A stretch of DNA of 64,000 nt, taken from assembly GCA_977862235.1 (NCBI GenBank), contig OZ374559.1:1550001-1614000 (forward strand), given 5' to 3'. This stretch comes from Dudresnaya verticillata (taxonomy: Eukaryota). The notes under the pieces were generated by a model that did no database searches, had not been told where the DNA came from, and worked only from the letters and a program-made list of their open reading frames with translations. The position numbers and the translations under genes are program-made. Positions 35,299 through 46,690 of the stretch are shown here, one piece after another. Every line of letters starts with the position of its first letter. The stretch's first letter is position 1.

Positions 35299-37240
35299 CA
35301 ACTGAGGTCAAGGGGGTCAAGGTGTTAAGAAAATGAAGTTTGAAAAATTCTACTGTTGAGATGGGTAGAGTTCCATCCTGTAGATACCGATACCAACAGT
35401 AGTGGAAAGAAAGAGGGAACGGTGTTCTAGTCTTGAGAACTAGCGAACTTGAAGCTCATATTCAGATTCATAACACTAGCTGTTTGTAGTTGTTTGGATT
35501 GTCGTTTGCTTGTATGGGCTGCCGACTTGTTTTTCTGAGCCGGATCCTTGGACCTTAATACCTGTGTACGTTGACAATGATGGATTGCAAGTAAAGTCCT
35601 TCAACGCGTTGAACAACGCCCTCCTGGATGGGAGAAGGGTGCAGAGTCGGATGAGTCTGCAATGAAAGTCACGAGTGTTCACAATCCTCTCGTTGTTGTT
35701 GTCGTCAGCGTTGCGAACAAAGGGATGCTTGCTTGCTGATGCTGTTGTTGTTTTGTTGAGATGGCGTAGCAACAAAGGATCCTGCAGTGCTTCATATCGC
35801 GATTGGTATATTTGCAATGGCATTTTGTCTTTGACTGGAATGCAGTAGCCGCAATGGTAGCTGCTGATGGGTCATATCATTGGATACAGACGTGGTCATC
35901 TCCTTCGTCAACGGTTAATGAGGTCTTCAATATGGACGGCGAAAGCAGCTGCGATATAGCTTCCCAACTACCGGAATCGCTCCGGATGTTCTGAAGCTTG
36001 AGGTGTTGCTAATGAAATGCTCCTTCGTCGCCTCGGGCAGATGCTGTGTCCTTTAGTGTGAAAGAGGAGCACATGAATTGTCTTCTGTGGCTCTTGGTGT
36101 CTCAACCATCTGTGGCTCTATTAAGAGCATTTCAGTGTACTCTATCGATAACGTGATTCCTTTTTTGTGGTTCAACAACGTTCTGGCAAGTCGGTCATTA
36201 GATCCTTCTTGACAGGCCGATCTTTCGGAACATACATTCGTCAGTATTCTACTCAGCACATGTAGTGTGCTGTAACGCAAAATGCTCCACTGCCATTTTG
36301 CGGATGTTACGGCTATTGCGATGCGTCAAGAGACTTGAAATAAATGCACTGATAGGACAAGATTCCAGAAGAAGGACAGCTAGTTCACCAAACTTCCAAC
36401 TTCCTCTGCGATATCCTTTCTTCTGCTCCCAGGATCTCCCCGCTTCCACCTAGATAAACCGCTCTGCCCCTTGTTACCCTTTGTCTCACATACCAAATGC
36501 AGTGCGTGGACTTGGTATTCTTTTTACAGCGGAGATTCCATAATCGATGCATTTCTTTGTCGCCACAAACTTTCGCTCCACCTTTTTACAAAGAGTTGAA
36601 TGTACAGCGAGAGTCCCGCACATTGGGGCAGCAAGATCGCGTTGTAATTTTATTGAGTCTTTAACAAGGTCGTGGTTAGTTTAAAGAAGGCTCTCCTTAT
36701 GCAGAGGTCGCGGAAATTTTCGTATTCACTGGCCTTGGTCCCCAGCTAGGAGTGCAGCCCATTGACGATTTCGTTTTCTCTAAAAGACGGACATCTCTGG
36801 TAGTGAGATCTAAATTAAGTCTACATTGTGTTGCAGTTCTTGCAAACCGGCGTAAGCTGGTTACTTTGACCGCCTAGATTCCAGAGGACTATGGGTATTC
36901 GCGGAGCCACTGAGAGCACTCAATAGGAATAAATACTCGCCGTTGAGCCATCGGAAGGGGTCAGCCATCCGGACCTGTAAAATCTTTAGGAAAGATGATG
37001 GCTCCAAAGCACTAGTAGGCGCACTGCTAAGATCAATTTCAGTTCTACACAGATAACCCGATCTAGAGTGTGGCCCATACTATTCCCATACGCACCTCAA
37101 ACAGAGTAGAAATGCCTATCAACGGTGTTGTGTTCGACTATTCTGATAAGCAGTTGTGTTAAGTTGTAACGATCCAGCACTTCGCATTTCGAATATGTAC
37201 TGAGATCTGTCGAGGGCATTCGATGTCTAGGCATTGGAAA

Positions 37241-37278
37241 GGGAGAGAGACAGAGAGAGAGTGTGTGTGTGTGTGTGA
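37241..37278. repeat. Compound (GA)n(GT)n microsatellite
   Basis: GAGAGAGACAGAGAGAGAGTGTGTGTGTGTGTGTGA. Confidence 0.9.
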
Positions 37279-37476
37279 GGACTTTACTCAAAGAGCAACA
37301 CAGTCCACGATGGGGTCTAGGCCTACTTGGAATGAGCAGTAGTATCAAGTAGCTTGCGAAGATTGATTGCTACTGTAACAATTTGCAGAACTACCGAAGT
37401 AGGGCGAATGACAACAATGAGCTTCGCAACGGCCGTAGGGGGTGAAGAGTATCCCTTTATTCCGAAGATTCACAAG

Positions 37477-37760
37477 AAGCCCCTTTAGTGGGCTTAAGCG
37501 GTAGCATTTCTAACTCGGTGGTCGAGAAGCCTACGCCGGTTAACGGCAACCGCTACGTACTGAAGCATTGAGGAGGTGAGACGCGTGAGGAGGGAATTTT
37601 TCTCGGCAGAGGGGACAGTACCCTTTGTCATAGCGACGAAGTTCGCGATACGTTGCGCGCCGCGGTCGAACCTAGGACCAATTGCGCCATAGATGTCCAA
37701 AACCATGGGATGAAGCTCGAAGTTGCTCGTTTCACAGAGACGGCGGTAGTGATGTACCCT
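37477..37760 (-). mobile_element. 3'-terminal fragment of a CRE/R2-like non-LTR retrotransposon
   Basis: HYRRLC..LHPMVLDIYGAIGPRFDRGAQRIANFVAMTKGT is clearly homologous to the C-terminus of ORF 52783..53805. Confidence 0.85.
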
Positions 37761-38624
37761 TTCGAACAGCCAAGAATCTGGTAATGCGCTGAAGTCCTCG
37801 ATCAAATCCCGGACTAATCGCTCCATAGATATCTGTCGCCCTAGGGTGGACCTCAAAGGAGTCCTTTTCCACATAAACTGCGGCAGTGCGCGCACCTTGG
37901 CTTTCTCGCGAGATAGGATGGTAGAATGAGGTACAGAAGAGGATCGATGAGAACTGGAGTCCCGACATACGACTGAGACATCAAATGACTTCGGTGGATG
38001 CGAAGATACGAACGTCGACGAAGAGGTTCATACAGAACTGGTCACGGCGATGGAAAGAGAGAAAAGAGAGGTGGACCTTTACTAAGTTGAACAAGAGTAT
38101 CAACCCAAGTGCAAGAATAAATAGAACTATTCACACAGTCTGTTCGCTTCTGTTCGTTTACAGGGTGGCTTCCTCCCGTAAAGCGCATGTCCTTGCTCTG
38201 CTCAGCAAACCTGCACCAGCTCTTCAGCTGCTAATCGACGTCCCCTTCGGGTCCCGCTTGTTGATGTAGTTCCGGGGGCCTCGTAGAGCCCGTCTAGCTT
38301 GCCTTTGGTACAAATAAACACGCTCTTCTGTTTCATTTGCTTCAAGGGCTCTAAGTGCCTCGTGGACAAAACAGGAAACTAACCGAGGACAAGGGTCAGC
38401 GGCACAAGTCCTCTTCGGCAGCTCTCTCGCCAGATACGCGGAGTGCTGTAACAAGTGCACATCGATTAGGGTTGCGTTGCTACAGGACGTGCGTCCAGTC
38501 CTTGTCTAATGGCACAAGCTCGCGCAGAGTTAATTCAAGTCTATCTATCGCAACGCACTTTGACCCCTCTCTCAGCGCATTCGTCAAGGCGTTTCCACAT
38601 GTCTTTCGCAACGGCTTGTCGCAT

Positions 38625-40511
38625 TTATACCCGCCGCTCGGACCCATCAAACAGCGGCACTGTCATAGAGAACCGTTCGCGGTAGGTCAGTTTCTGTTCC
38701 TCCAGAATCCCGAGCGCCACTTGTTCGCCGAGCAGAATGCTTTCGTAATAGTCTGAAAAGTAATGCACACCCGCCCAGTTCCGCCCTATTGCAATGTTCG
38801 AGCAAAGCTTGTTCAGCTCCCCGCCTACCGTGAGATTAGCTTTCACTGGCTCCAGCGCACTCCCATCCTCATTCACAACGAAGCAGTGCGGCAGTTCAAA
38901 GTCTGTATCGAAGAACGCCTTGAGGATCGTTACGCACGCCCCACCTACGGTCGCGTGGCCCGCCCCGTAGCTGGGATGCATCGGGGAGCCTTCAGGATAC
39001 GCCATGGGCAAGAGCGCAGAGTTGCTGCGGTCCTCTACCCGCAAATCTTTCACGCGCCTTTCGCCATCATCGTACTGGTTTTGCAGTTCGTTCTCTTCCA
39101 TCACCCGGTACAGCAAGTCCTTGTCCAACGCGTCGAACAGCGCCTTCCCAGCTTGCGCAATCACATTGCTGTGCGATTTCCCGATGTAGCGGTCGAGCAC
39201 GCCGCCGACCGCCTCGGGCCTTGGGCGTCGGTGAACGTTGAATTTCTGAAACCGCACCGCCTTCAATGCGCGCGTGGTGACCTCTGCGAGCAGTGTGAGA
39301 ACGTGCGGGGGCCCGAAAAGAGCGAAGCCGGACTGCTTGTCGATTGCGTCTTCGTCTGTGAACGGGAGCCCCTGGTCGAACGGGGCGTGCATATCAAGTA
39401 GGACGAGGCAAGCGTTGAGGTAAGCCTGGTACGCAGCGTCATGATGCACATACGTGGCCAGGTCGCGCGGGGTGGTGATGAAGCGGAAGGGGACACGGCG
39501 CGAGTAGAGCTCCTTTCCGCGGACATCGGCCCCATTCTGAACGTCAAGGAAGGCGGCCCAGGTGGTCATGTAGTCCTTGCCGGGCTTTGCGACGCGGACG
39601 CGCTGGTCCATTCGCATACCGCCGTACTGGATGTAGCCGTCCTCTGGGACGCCATGATGGCCCAGACCGGTGGTACCGATGATGAGAAACTGCGAGAGGT
39701 ACGGCCCCTCATCGTCGCCGGGGGTGATGCCGCGAAACAGCGTCTGCAGGCTGAGGTGGAAGCGGCGGCGCGCCTGTTGCGCGCTGGAAAGGTTGCGGTG
39801 ATATCGGCTCTGACGGGGATGGTGATGATGGCGGCGGCGGCGGCGATGATGATATTCACGCAACCAGGGCATGTCGTTCAAGCCGGATATTGCGTCGTCG
39901 ATAACGGCGATGATGTCCGGGATGGCATCCGGACGGTAGCGGTGAACCCTGCTAACGTGGGCCTTGCGCAGGGTGCGGCGACCGAGTTGAGAGAACCACG
40001 ACAACGGAACGTCCCTGAACAAGGCCATCCAGAAGAGCTCTGCCATCTCGAAGTGGAGCTCGTCGCTCTCCAAGCGCGGTGCGGGGGGCATGGTGAGTGC
40101 GCGAGCGTCGGGACCCTGGAGATCGTAGGCGGCGCCGGCAGCCATGGACTCCCAGCCGCGCACCGAGACGCCGCGGGCGATGCGGGAGACGAAACCGGGG
40201 CTGCCGGGGCCGAGCGGGAGGGCTGCGATGAGGGGCGGGGAGCCATTGCGGATGGCGCGGACGAAGGCGTCGTAGTCTGCGCCGCGGGCCAGCAGGCCGG
40301 TGCGCGGGCAGTGGCGCAGGCCCTTGGTGAAGACGGCGACGTACGTGCGATGGCCGGACGGCGAGCGGAAGAGGCGCTCGTCGGCGTTGCGCAGGTGCGT
40401 CGGGTGCGGACGGCTCAGGGCTAGCTCAGCCGCGCGCAGACGCAGCTCGTACGCGGACGAGGCGCGACGGGTGGGGGCGTGCGAGGACCGGGAGCGTCCG
40501 GTGGACGACAT
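38625..40511 (-). CDS. Vanadium-dependent haloperoxidase (bromoperoxidase type), paralogue 1, 628 aa
   Basis: Vanadate motifs KAVRFQKFNVHRRPRPE, SPMHPSYGAGHA and GRNWAGVHYFSD, plus FTKGL, GPYLSQF and RDLATYVH. Intronless. Confidence 0.97.
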   Translation of the reverse strand: MSSTGRSRSSHAPTRRASSAYELRLRAAELALSRPHPTHLRNADERLFRSPSGHRTYVAVFTKGLRHCPRTGLLARGADYDAFVRAIRNGSPPLIAALPLGPGSPGFVSRIARGVSVRGWESMAAGAAYDLQGPDARALTMPPAPRLESDELHFEMAELFWMALFRDVPLSWFSQLGRRTLRKAHVSRVHRYRPDAIPDIIAVIDDAISGLNDMPWLREYHHRRRRRHHHHPRQSRYHRNLSSAQQARRRFHLSLQTLFRGITPGDDEGPYLSQFLIIGTTGLGHHGVPEDGYIQYGGMRMDQRVRVAKPGKDYMTTWAAFLDVQNGADVRGKELYSRRVPFRFITTPRDLATYVHHDAAYQAYLNACLVLLDMHAPFDQGLPFTDEDAIDKQSGFALFGPPHVLTLLAEVTTRALKAVRFQKFNVHRRPRPEAVGGVLDRYIGKSHSNVIAQAGKALFDALDKDLLYRVMEENELQNQYDDGERRVKDLRVEDRSNSALLPMAYPEGSPMHPSYGAGHATVGGACVTILKAFFDTDFELPHCFVVNEDGSALEPVKANLTVGGELNKLCSNIAIGRNWAGVHYFSDYYESILLGEQVALGILEEQKLTYRERFSMTVPLFDGSERRV

Positions 40512-41201
40512 GGTGGGTGGGGGTGGGACGGGGTGGGAGAGAGGGGGCGGGAGGGTGTGGCGGGGGTCGACGGGGGGGGGGGGGGGGGGGTGGGCGGGCG
40601 CGGCGCGGTGGGGCGGGTGTGCGGCTTTGTTTTGGGTTTTTGACTTTTAATATTTGTTAGGCGAAAGGAACAGTGAGACCGCGGCGCGGCAGCGCGACTC
40701 GCGCGAGGGAAGGCGTTTCCGAGCGACACGCGCTCAAGCCGCTGTCGATAATGCGAACGCAGCCCTCCACGCTTGCCCGGCGCGGAGCGACGCAGAGGAA
40801 CAAGAACGACAACAGCAGCAACAAGGAACGGCCGACGCAGACATGCCGCCAGGTCGTGTAACAGCGTCAACTCCGCTCGCAGCTCCGGTCCTTGCGTGCC
40901 GCGACGTCGCCCAAACCAACTGCCCGCAGCGCCGTCTCAACCCAACTGCCCACCGCGCCAACTTCGCGCTCCACCCGACGCCGAGCACCACACCCGCCGC
41001 CGCCCGCGCCGCCGCCCGCTCGAGCTCTCGCATCACCAGCGAGCGCAGCTGCTTGCGCAAGTGCGAGGCCGGCCACGCGGCGTCCGCCCGTTAAACAGCC
41101 CGTCTCGACGTCGCGGAACACACCCCGTCGCGAGATATCTACCCGAAAGGTACAGCTTTACTTAGTGCCATGATGCCACGGCTTAACAAACAACGTTGCG
41201 G

Positions 41202-42926
41202 TCACGCGCGCTTGTTCGAGATGACGTGCTTCGTCCCGTCGAACTTGGCCACCGTCATCGAGAACTCCTCCCCAAACGTCCCCATCTGCTCCTCGAGCAT
41301 CCCGATCGCAAACGCCTCCCCGAGCAGGATGCTCTCGTAGTAGTCCGAAAAGTAGTGCACCCCGGCCCAGTCCCTGCCCACGCTGATGTTCGAGCACAGC
41401 TTGTTCAGCTCGCCCTCCACCGTTAGCTTCCCGTCCACGGCCACCTCCCGCAGGCTACTCCCGTCCTCGGTCGCCTCGAACGCCACGTCAAGCTCTGTGT
41501 CCGTGTCAAAGAACGCCTTGAGCACCGTCACGCACGCCCCGCCCACCGTCGAGTGCCCGGCACCGTAACTGGGGTGCATCGGCGACCCCTCCGGAAACGC
41601 CATGGGCAGCAGCGTTGACCCGTGCTTGTTCTGTACCAGCGCGAGCACGTCTGCCAGCGCCTCGCTCAGCGATTGTCCAACCTCCCCAATGCCCCCGTCC
41701 TGCACCCCGCACTTGAACCGGTCGATGATCCCGCCCACGCCCTCCGGACGCACGCGCCGGTGCAAGTTGTACTTGTTGTACACTACGCACTTGAGAGCCC
41801 GCTGTGCAACCTCCGTCACCAGCGATAGCAACCGCGGTCCGCCAAACGTGGCAAAGCCCTGCTGTTTATCCACCGCGTCCGGCTCTTGGTACGGGATGCC
41901 CTTGTCAAACTTGACTCCCGAACCGAGCAGGATGAGACCCGCATTGAGGTACGACTGGAACAGCGCGTCCACATGCACGTACGTGCAAAGATCGCGCGGC
42001 GTTGCGATGAAGCGGTACTGCGCGCCCGGCTCAAAGTCGTCTTTTCCATTGAGCGCGGCGCCGTTCTGCACATCGAGATAGGCGTCCCATGTGGTCATGA
42101 AGTCGACGTCCTTCTTCACGACGCGCACACGCTGGTCGACGCGCACGGCGCCATAGCGGATATAGCCGTCCTGCGGGCGCTCAGCATCCCCGAAGCCGGA
42201 TGTTCCCCGCAGCAGAAACTGTGAGATGTACGGGCCGACATCGTCGCCGCGCGTGGTACCACGAAAGACGTTGTGCAAGAAGTAGGGCCCGCGCTTGCGG
42301 CGGGCCTCCTCGGGAGTGAGGCCTTCTGGACAGTCGGTGACAAACGGGAGGTTGTTGAGGCTCGCAACGGCGCTGTCGAGCAGGGCAGCATAGTCGGGGT
42401 GGGCGGCGGCGCAAGTGGCGGTTCCGGCTAGCTGGGAAAACAAGGTCAGCGGGGCATCGCGCAGCAGGGCCATCCAGTAGAGCTCGGCCATCTCGAGGTT
42501 TAGCTCGTCGGAGACGAGGCGCGGAGCGGGCGGCATGTCGATGGCCTGCATGTCCGGGCCCATGAGGTCGAAGGCGGAGCCGGCGCCCATGGCCTCCCAG
42601 CCGCGCACAGGGCATCCTTGGGCGATAGGGGAGGCGAAGGCGGTGCCGTCGGGCGGGCCGAGCGGGATGGCGCGGATGTTCTCCGGGGTCGGGTGTGTGA
42701 CGGCGAGGCGGAAGGCGTCGTAGTCGGCCGGGTTGGACACCAGCCCCGTGCGCGCGTTGTGCGGCAGCCCCTTGGTGAACGAGCCCAGCAGCGACGAGGC
42801 GTAGGTGAGCTCGTCCGGCGACGCGGCGTACTGCGGGTAGGCGCGGTCGCGCGACAGCGCGGCGGCGCGCACGCGCACGTCGTACGCGGCGGCGCGGCGG
42901 TCGTTGTCGGGCGTGGGTTTCGTCAT
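41202..42926 (-). CDS. Vanadium-dependent haloperoxidase, paralogue 2, 574 aa
   Basis: KCVVYNKYNLHRRVRPE, SPMHPSYGAGHS, GRDWAGVHYFSD, FTKGLPH and GPYISQF. Colinear with paralogue 1. Confidence 0.97.
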   Translation of the reverse strand: MTKPTPDNDRRAAAYDVRVRAAALSRDRAYPQYAASPDELTYASSLLGSFTKGLPHNARTGLVSNPADYDAFRLAVTHPTPENIRAIPLGPPDGTAFASPIAQGCPVRGWEAMGAGSAFDLMGPDMQAIDMPPAPRLVSDELNLEMAELYWMALLRDAPLTLFSQLAGTATCAAAHPDYAALLDSAVASLNNLPFVTDCPEGLTPEEARRKRGPYFLHNVFRGTTRGDDVGPYISQFLLRGTSGFGDAERPQDGYIRYGAVRVDQRVRVVKKDVDFMTTWDAYLDVQNGAALNGKDDFEPGAQYRFIATPRDLCTYVHVDALFQSYLNAGLILLGSGVKFDKGIPYQEPDAVDKQQGFATFGGPRLLSLVTEVAQRALKCVVYNKYNLHRRVRPEGVGGIIDRFKCGVQDGGIGEVGQSLSEALADVLALVQNKHGSTLLPMAFPEGSPMHPSYGAGHSTVGGACVTVLKAFFDTDTELDVAFEATEDGSSLREVAVDGKLTVEGELNKLCSNISVGRDWAGVHYFSDYYESILLGEAFAIGMLEEQMGTFGEEFSMTVAKFDGTKHVISNKRA

Positions 42927-44517
42927 GGGTGGTTGCGGGGGGTGGTCGTGGCGGTGGTTGCGGAAGTGGTTGTTGAGATGGAAGGGGACTGTTTATGTAC
43001 GATGAAGGGCGAAGGGCGGAAATGGGGTTTTGATCACACTGACAAAATCTCGCGACTGAGCATCTCTCGACAGCATTGCTGCTGCTTCTTTGAGACTTAC
43101 TTATCGATTCGCGCAAACTTTCTCGGCGCGACTGACCACTGTTTGGGTATCTTTAACCTCACCTCCGCGAGCCAAACGACAGCGTTGACAACAGGACACG
43201 TCTCCAATATCCCTCTTTAGAAGCTTCCTGATTATGAGCGTACGCGAAAGGCTTGTCCCCCCTTGCGTTAGTCCTGCCACGGAAAGCATGAGCAACGCGA
43301 TGGCGTCGTGCTTTCGATGTGTAACCCCTGGGCGCTCAACACGCGGAAGCGCCCGCAGGCTAATAGCCCCGACGCCCGACCCGCTGTGGCGTCGTGAGGT
43401 GAGCTCTGTACAGAGTACGGACGCCTGCTGAGTACTCAGCCGACTCGCCGTGCTGATGCTCCGAGTGATGCGCTCTACTGTAGCGTACGCTCACCATGCA
43501 GACCCAGCGCACATGCGCCGGGCTGCCATGCCTTTCTACATGATTGGCCTGCTGCCAGGTCCTACGACTAAGGCGAGGACCTGGGCGACTTTCCGTCCAT
43601 CGCCGGCGATGTCGGGATGGCTGGTGCCTGTGGCGGCACCTGTCCATGGCTGTTCGGAACGGAGCTTGCGTACGCAAGTCACATTTACTGTGGGTTGCAC
43701 AGAGCTGTCCAGCTGTAGTATTAATAAAGGCAACCCGCTGGCGTCGAACGACGGCGAGGGCATGCGACCACTGCATCGGACCCGACCAGCGCGGTATACC
43801 CATCTACTCGCCTTCCTCTTTCCGCCTCTATCCTTCACTTTCTCTTTTCGTCTTCGCGTACGCGAGACTGTTTCGGACACGGACGTGCCCACTTGTCACA
43901 GATGACATCAGCACTCGCCAATTCAAATGGAAATGTATCTCAAGTGTCTACTTGAGTCATGCTGGTAACCAATAGTGTTATGGTGCTGTAATATGCCGCG
44001 GCTGTTTCCGTGCTAGTCTGTCTATGTACGATGGAGAGTTTGTGCAGTTGAGTTGGGAAAACAAGGAAGAAAAACACTCGGAAAAGTGTTTGCAAGTTTA
44101 GTCTACAGGCAGTCCTCAGTCTGTTCACTTTCATTGCTATGGACCTAGTGAAGACGGTAACTTCGAATTCCGTCGTCTGGAATAGAGGAGACCAGATCTT
44201 GAACTCGACCAAATACCTTCAACCTTACAATTCTCCACTTCCTTTTCCATCTTCCATGTCCATCAAGCAGTTTTAGAGTCTCATTGTATCTCATTTTGGA
44301 TATATGCGTAACAAGAGCTGGTCATTGACTCGAGTATATTGGTTTAAGAGGAAATCGCTGAACGCGTAGACGGGTTACTCAAATCGTATCTTCACAAAAC
44401 CATGTTCAGCCCAGTGCTAACCCATTGTGCTCCCTGCGCACTGAAATGATGCTAAGGACAGCAAAATAAAGCAGGGAAGGAACGCACCAAAGTAAGTAAG
44501 AAAGGACAGAAACAATA

Positions 44518-44589
44518 CTCCTCCACGGGAAAACCAACCCCAGCCTCCCGAGTGAGAGTCGGAAATCCTAACCACTCGACCATAGAGGA
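44518..44589 (-). tRNA. tRNA-Glu(CTC)-like sequence with a degenerate T-loop (probable pseudogene)
   Basis: TCCTCTA-TG-GTCG-AGTGGTTA-GGAT-T-TCCGA-CT[CTC]AC-TCGGG-AGGC-TGGGG-TTGGTTT-TCCCG-TGGAGGA-G. 72 nt; acceptor and anticodon stems pair, but the T-loop is TTGGTTT rather than TTCGATT. Confidence 0.8.
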
Positions 44590-46690
44590 TCTACTGCGTG
44601 CTCTCTCACACTGGTGTGCCCTGCTTGTGCACTGCTGCTTTTTCTACGACCACGTCTGTGCTGTCTAGATCAGGCAAGTCTTGACTGCGGATGCTTCTAA
44701 TGAAAGGATCAGTGCATTCAGCAGACTACATCAACTGCATACCAAATGTAGAGCTAGCAATACGATAGACTGACTTGACATATACTGTTCAAACATAATC
44801 TCAAGCTAGAGATGCTTCCGTTTCTTACGAGAACAAGTCAATTAGCGGTACAATTTCACTACAAACGTTCTGAGAAGCCTGTCATGCCATACTCTTCACA
44901 GATTGAGTGTACGAGCGAGTGCATACCTGAGTTCGGGAGCAATTGACGACGAGCCCCCCACACTGATTGCCTAACTTTGCTTCCAACAGGGAACAACCCT
45001 CAGCATTATGTACATCTTGAAGAGCAGGCGAATGTGGGCAATTGCCGATGTGTCAGAGAAGCACATGACAGTGCGGTTGGTAGTATGGTGACTGCCACAC
45101 TGCAAGCGTCAAGTTTCTTTCTAATGGTGGCTTCGACAGATGTTGTTTACAAGCAGCTTGAGAGCAGTGCGGTTCAAAGTGGAACACAGAGAGCCCTCAG
45201 TTTTATCTTGTCGGATCACTTTCTTCCTCAATTGTCGCTCTTTCTCCTCTGAGAATACCTAATTAGGCTCCGTATACGCTTTTTTTAAACATCTGCATCA
45301 TCACTGCTGACACTTCCATCCTCGCCATACCAACCCTATCATAATCTCGTTTTGCAAACATGACACTGCATCCGGGTTGTTTTATTCGCGCAAACTGAGT
45401 AAGTTTGTTGCTCCATAGCACACTTCTACTTGGACTGCGTTCAACCTCACCCACAGCTCTCCGCTTCGTTTCGCTGGACGACTTCGATTAATAAGCTACG
45501 GCTACCTGTGTCGCCAGCACACAAACCCCACTGAATTCCCTATGTAGACCAGGAGACATCCCCAGCTTGTAACTGAAACATAATAATTAGAACATACCGC
45601 TCTACAGTCTACTTTAAAATTCATGAAGCCGTTGTCCTTCTCCACAACTCTGTCCCTCTTCTCACTCTGAAATCCAATGTAGAAGAATAATCACCTTAAT
45701 CGCCATTGTTTTCTTTTTCACCGTCCTAAGGGCGCTTCAATCTCTTGGATGCCAGCCTTTAGTCACGACTCAACCTCCCAGACTAAGCCGGACCGTGCTG
45801 ATGTTAAGCGTCCGGATTCCAACGAGATGGGCTCACTCCTCGCTGTATCTGCACGGCAAAATGTAATTGCGCCCGGAGGAAGTACAAAGCGCTCCCGTAC
45901 CGAAGCGATGCGCATCTGAATATTTGAAAGGCGGCGGCAGAACATTCAAATTAGGGCGCCCAAGAGAGCGATTTAGAAGCTCATAAATTTTTACCATCAC
46001 ATAAATAGAATAACAAAGCCGAAAAGCTCTCCCGCTCAGTTCATCCAATCTACACAAACACACGCACACACACACACATTCCTAACCGTAAGTAACTCTG
46101 CTTATATGCGACAGGGCTGAACACGCCAATATCCAGGTGATGAAGAGGACGTCCAACAGAAGGCCAAGATCGAGGCAGAACATGGGCAAGAACGAATCGA
46201 GTCAGACTGGTGGTCAGTCCTCCTGCTCATCCTCCGTCCATCGAAATGTACAGAACATGGTGCTTCACCTCCGCAATATGTTCACTAAGAATGTTGTTCT
46301 GCGCAATGTTCAGGAAATCGTTATCGGCTCGTCGAGTATGTCGAAGGGAAGGGCATCCACCAACTCAACCTTCAAGCCTGGTCAGCATCGTTCTACTGTC
46401 GGAAAAGGACAATTGTACCAGTACTCCACCAAAGGCTCTTCAAATAGGATGAAAGAGAACGCGGGGCAGTCTCTTGACCGGAACGGAAAGGAAACAAGGC
46501 ACAAATCTTCGGAAAGCCAGTCTAATATGACTGCAGGAATTAAGAGGCATGTCGGTGGTAAGAAGAAGCGTACGCTCAAAGAGGGGAATAAACGAGAGCC
46601 CCCTAAGGGTTGTTGTTGTTGCCGTGAAGAGGGTTCATTGTCACGTACGGCGGGAAGAAGGAAATGTACGAACCATCATTCGAGTCCATC

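Noticed and set aside
38625..41215. C-terminal RRV / KRA as peroxisomal PTS1 signals
   Set aside because: Neither fits the [SAC][KRH][LM] consensus.
38763..43220. Long opposite-strand or alternate-frame ORFs over and between the haloperoxidases
   Set aside because: Expected from high GC3 codon bias; no motifs.
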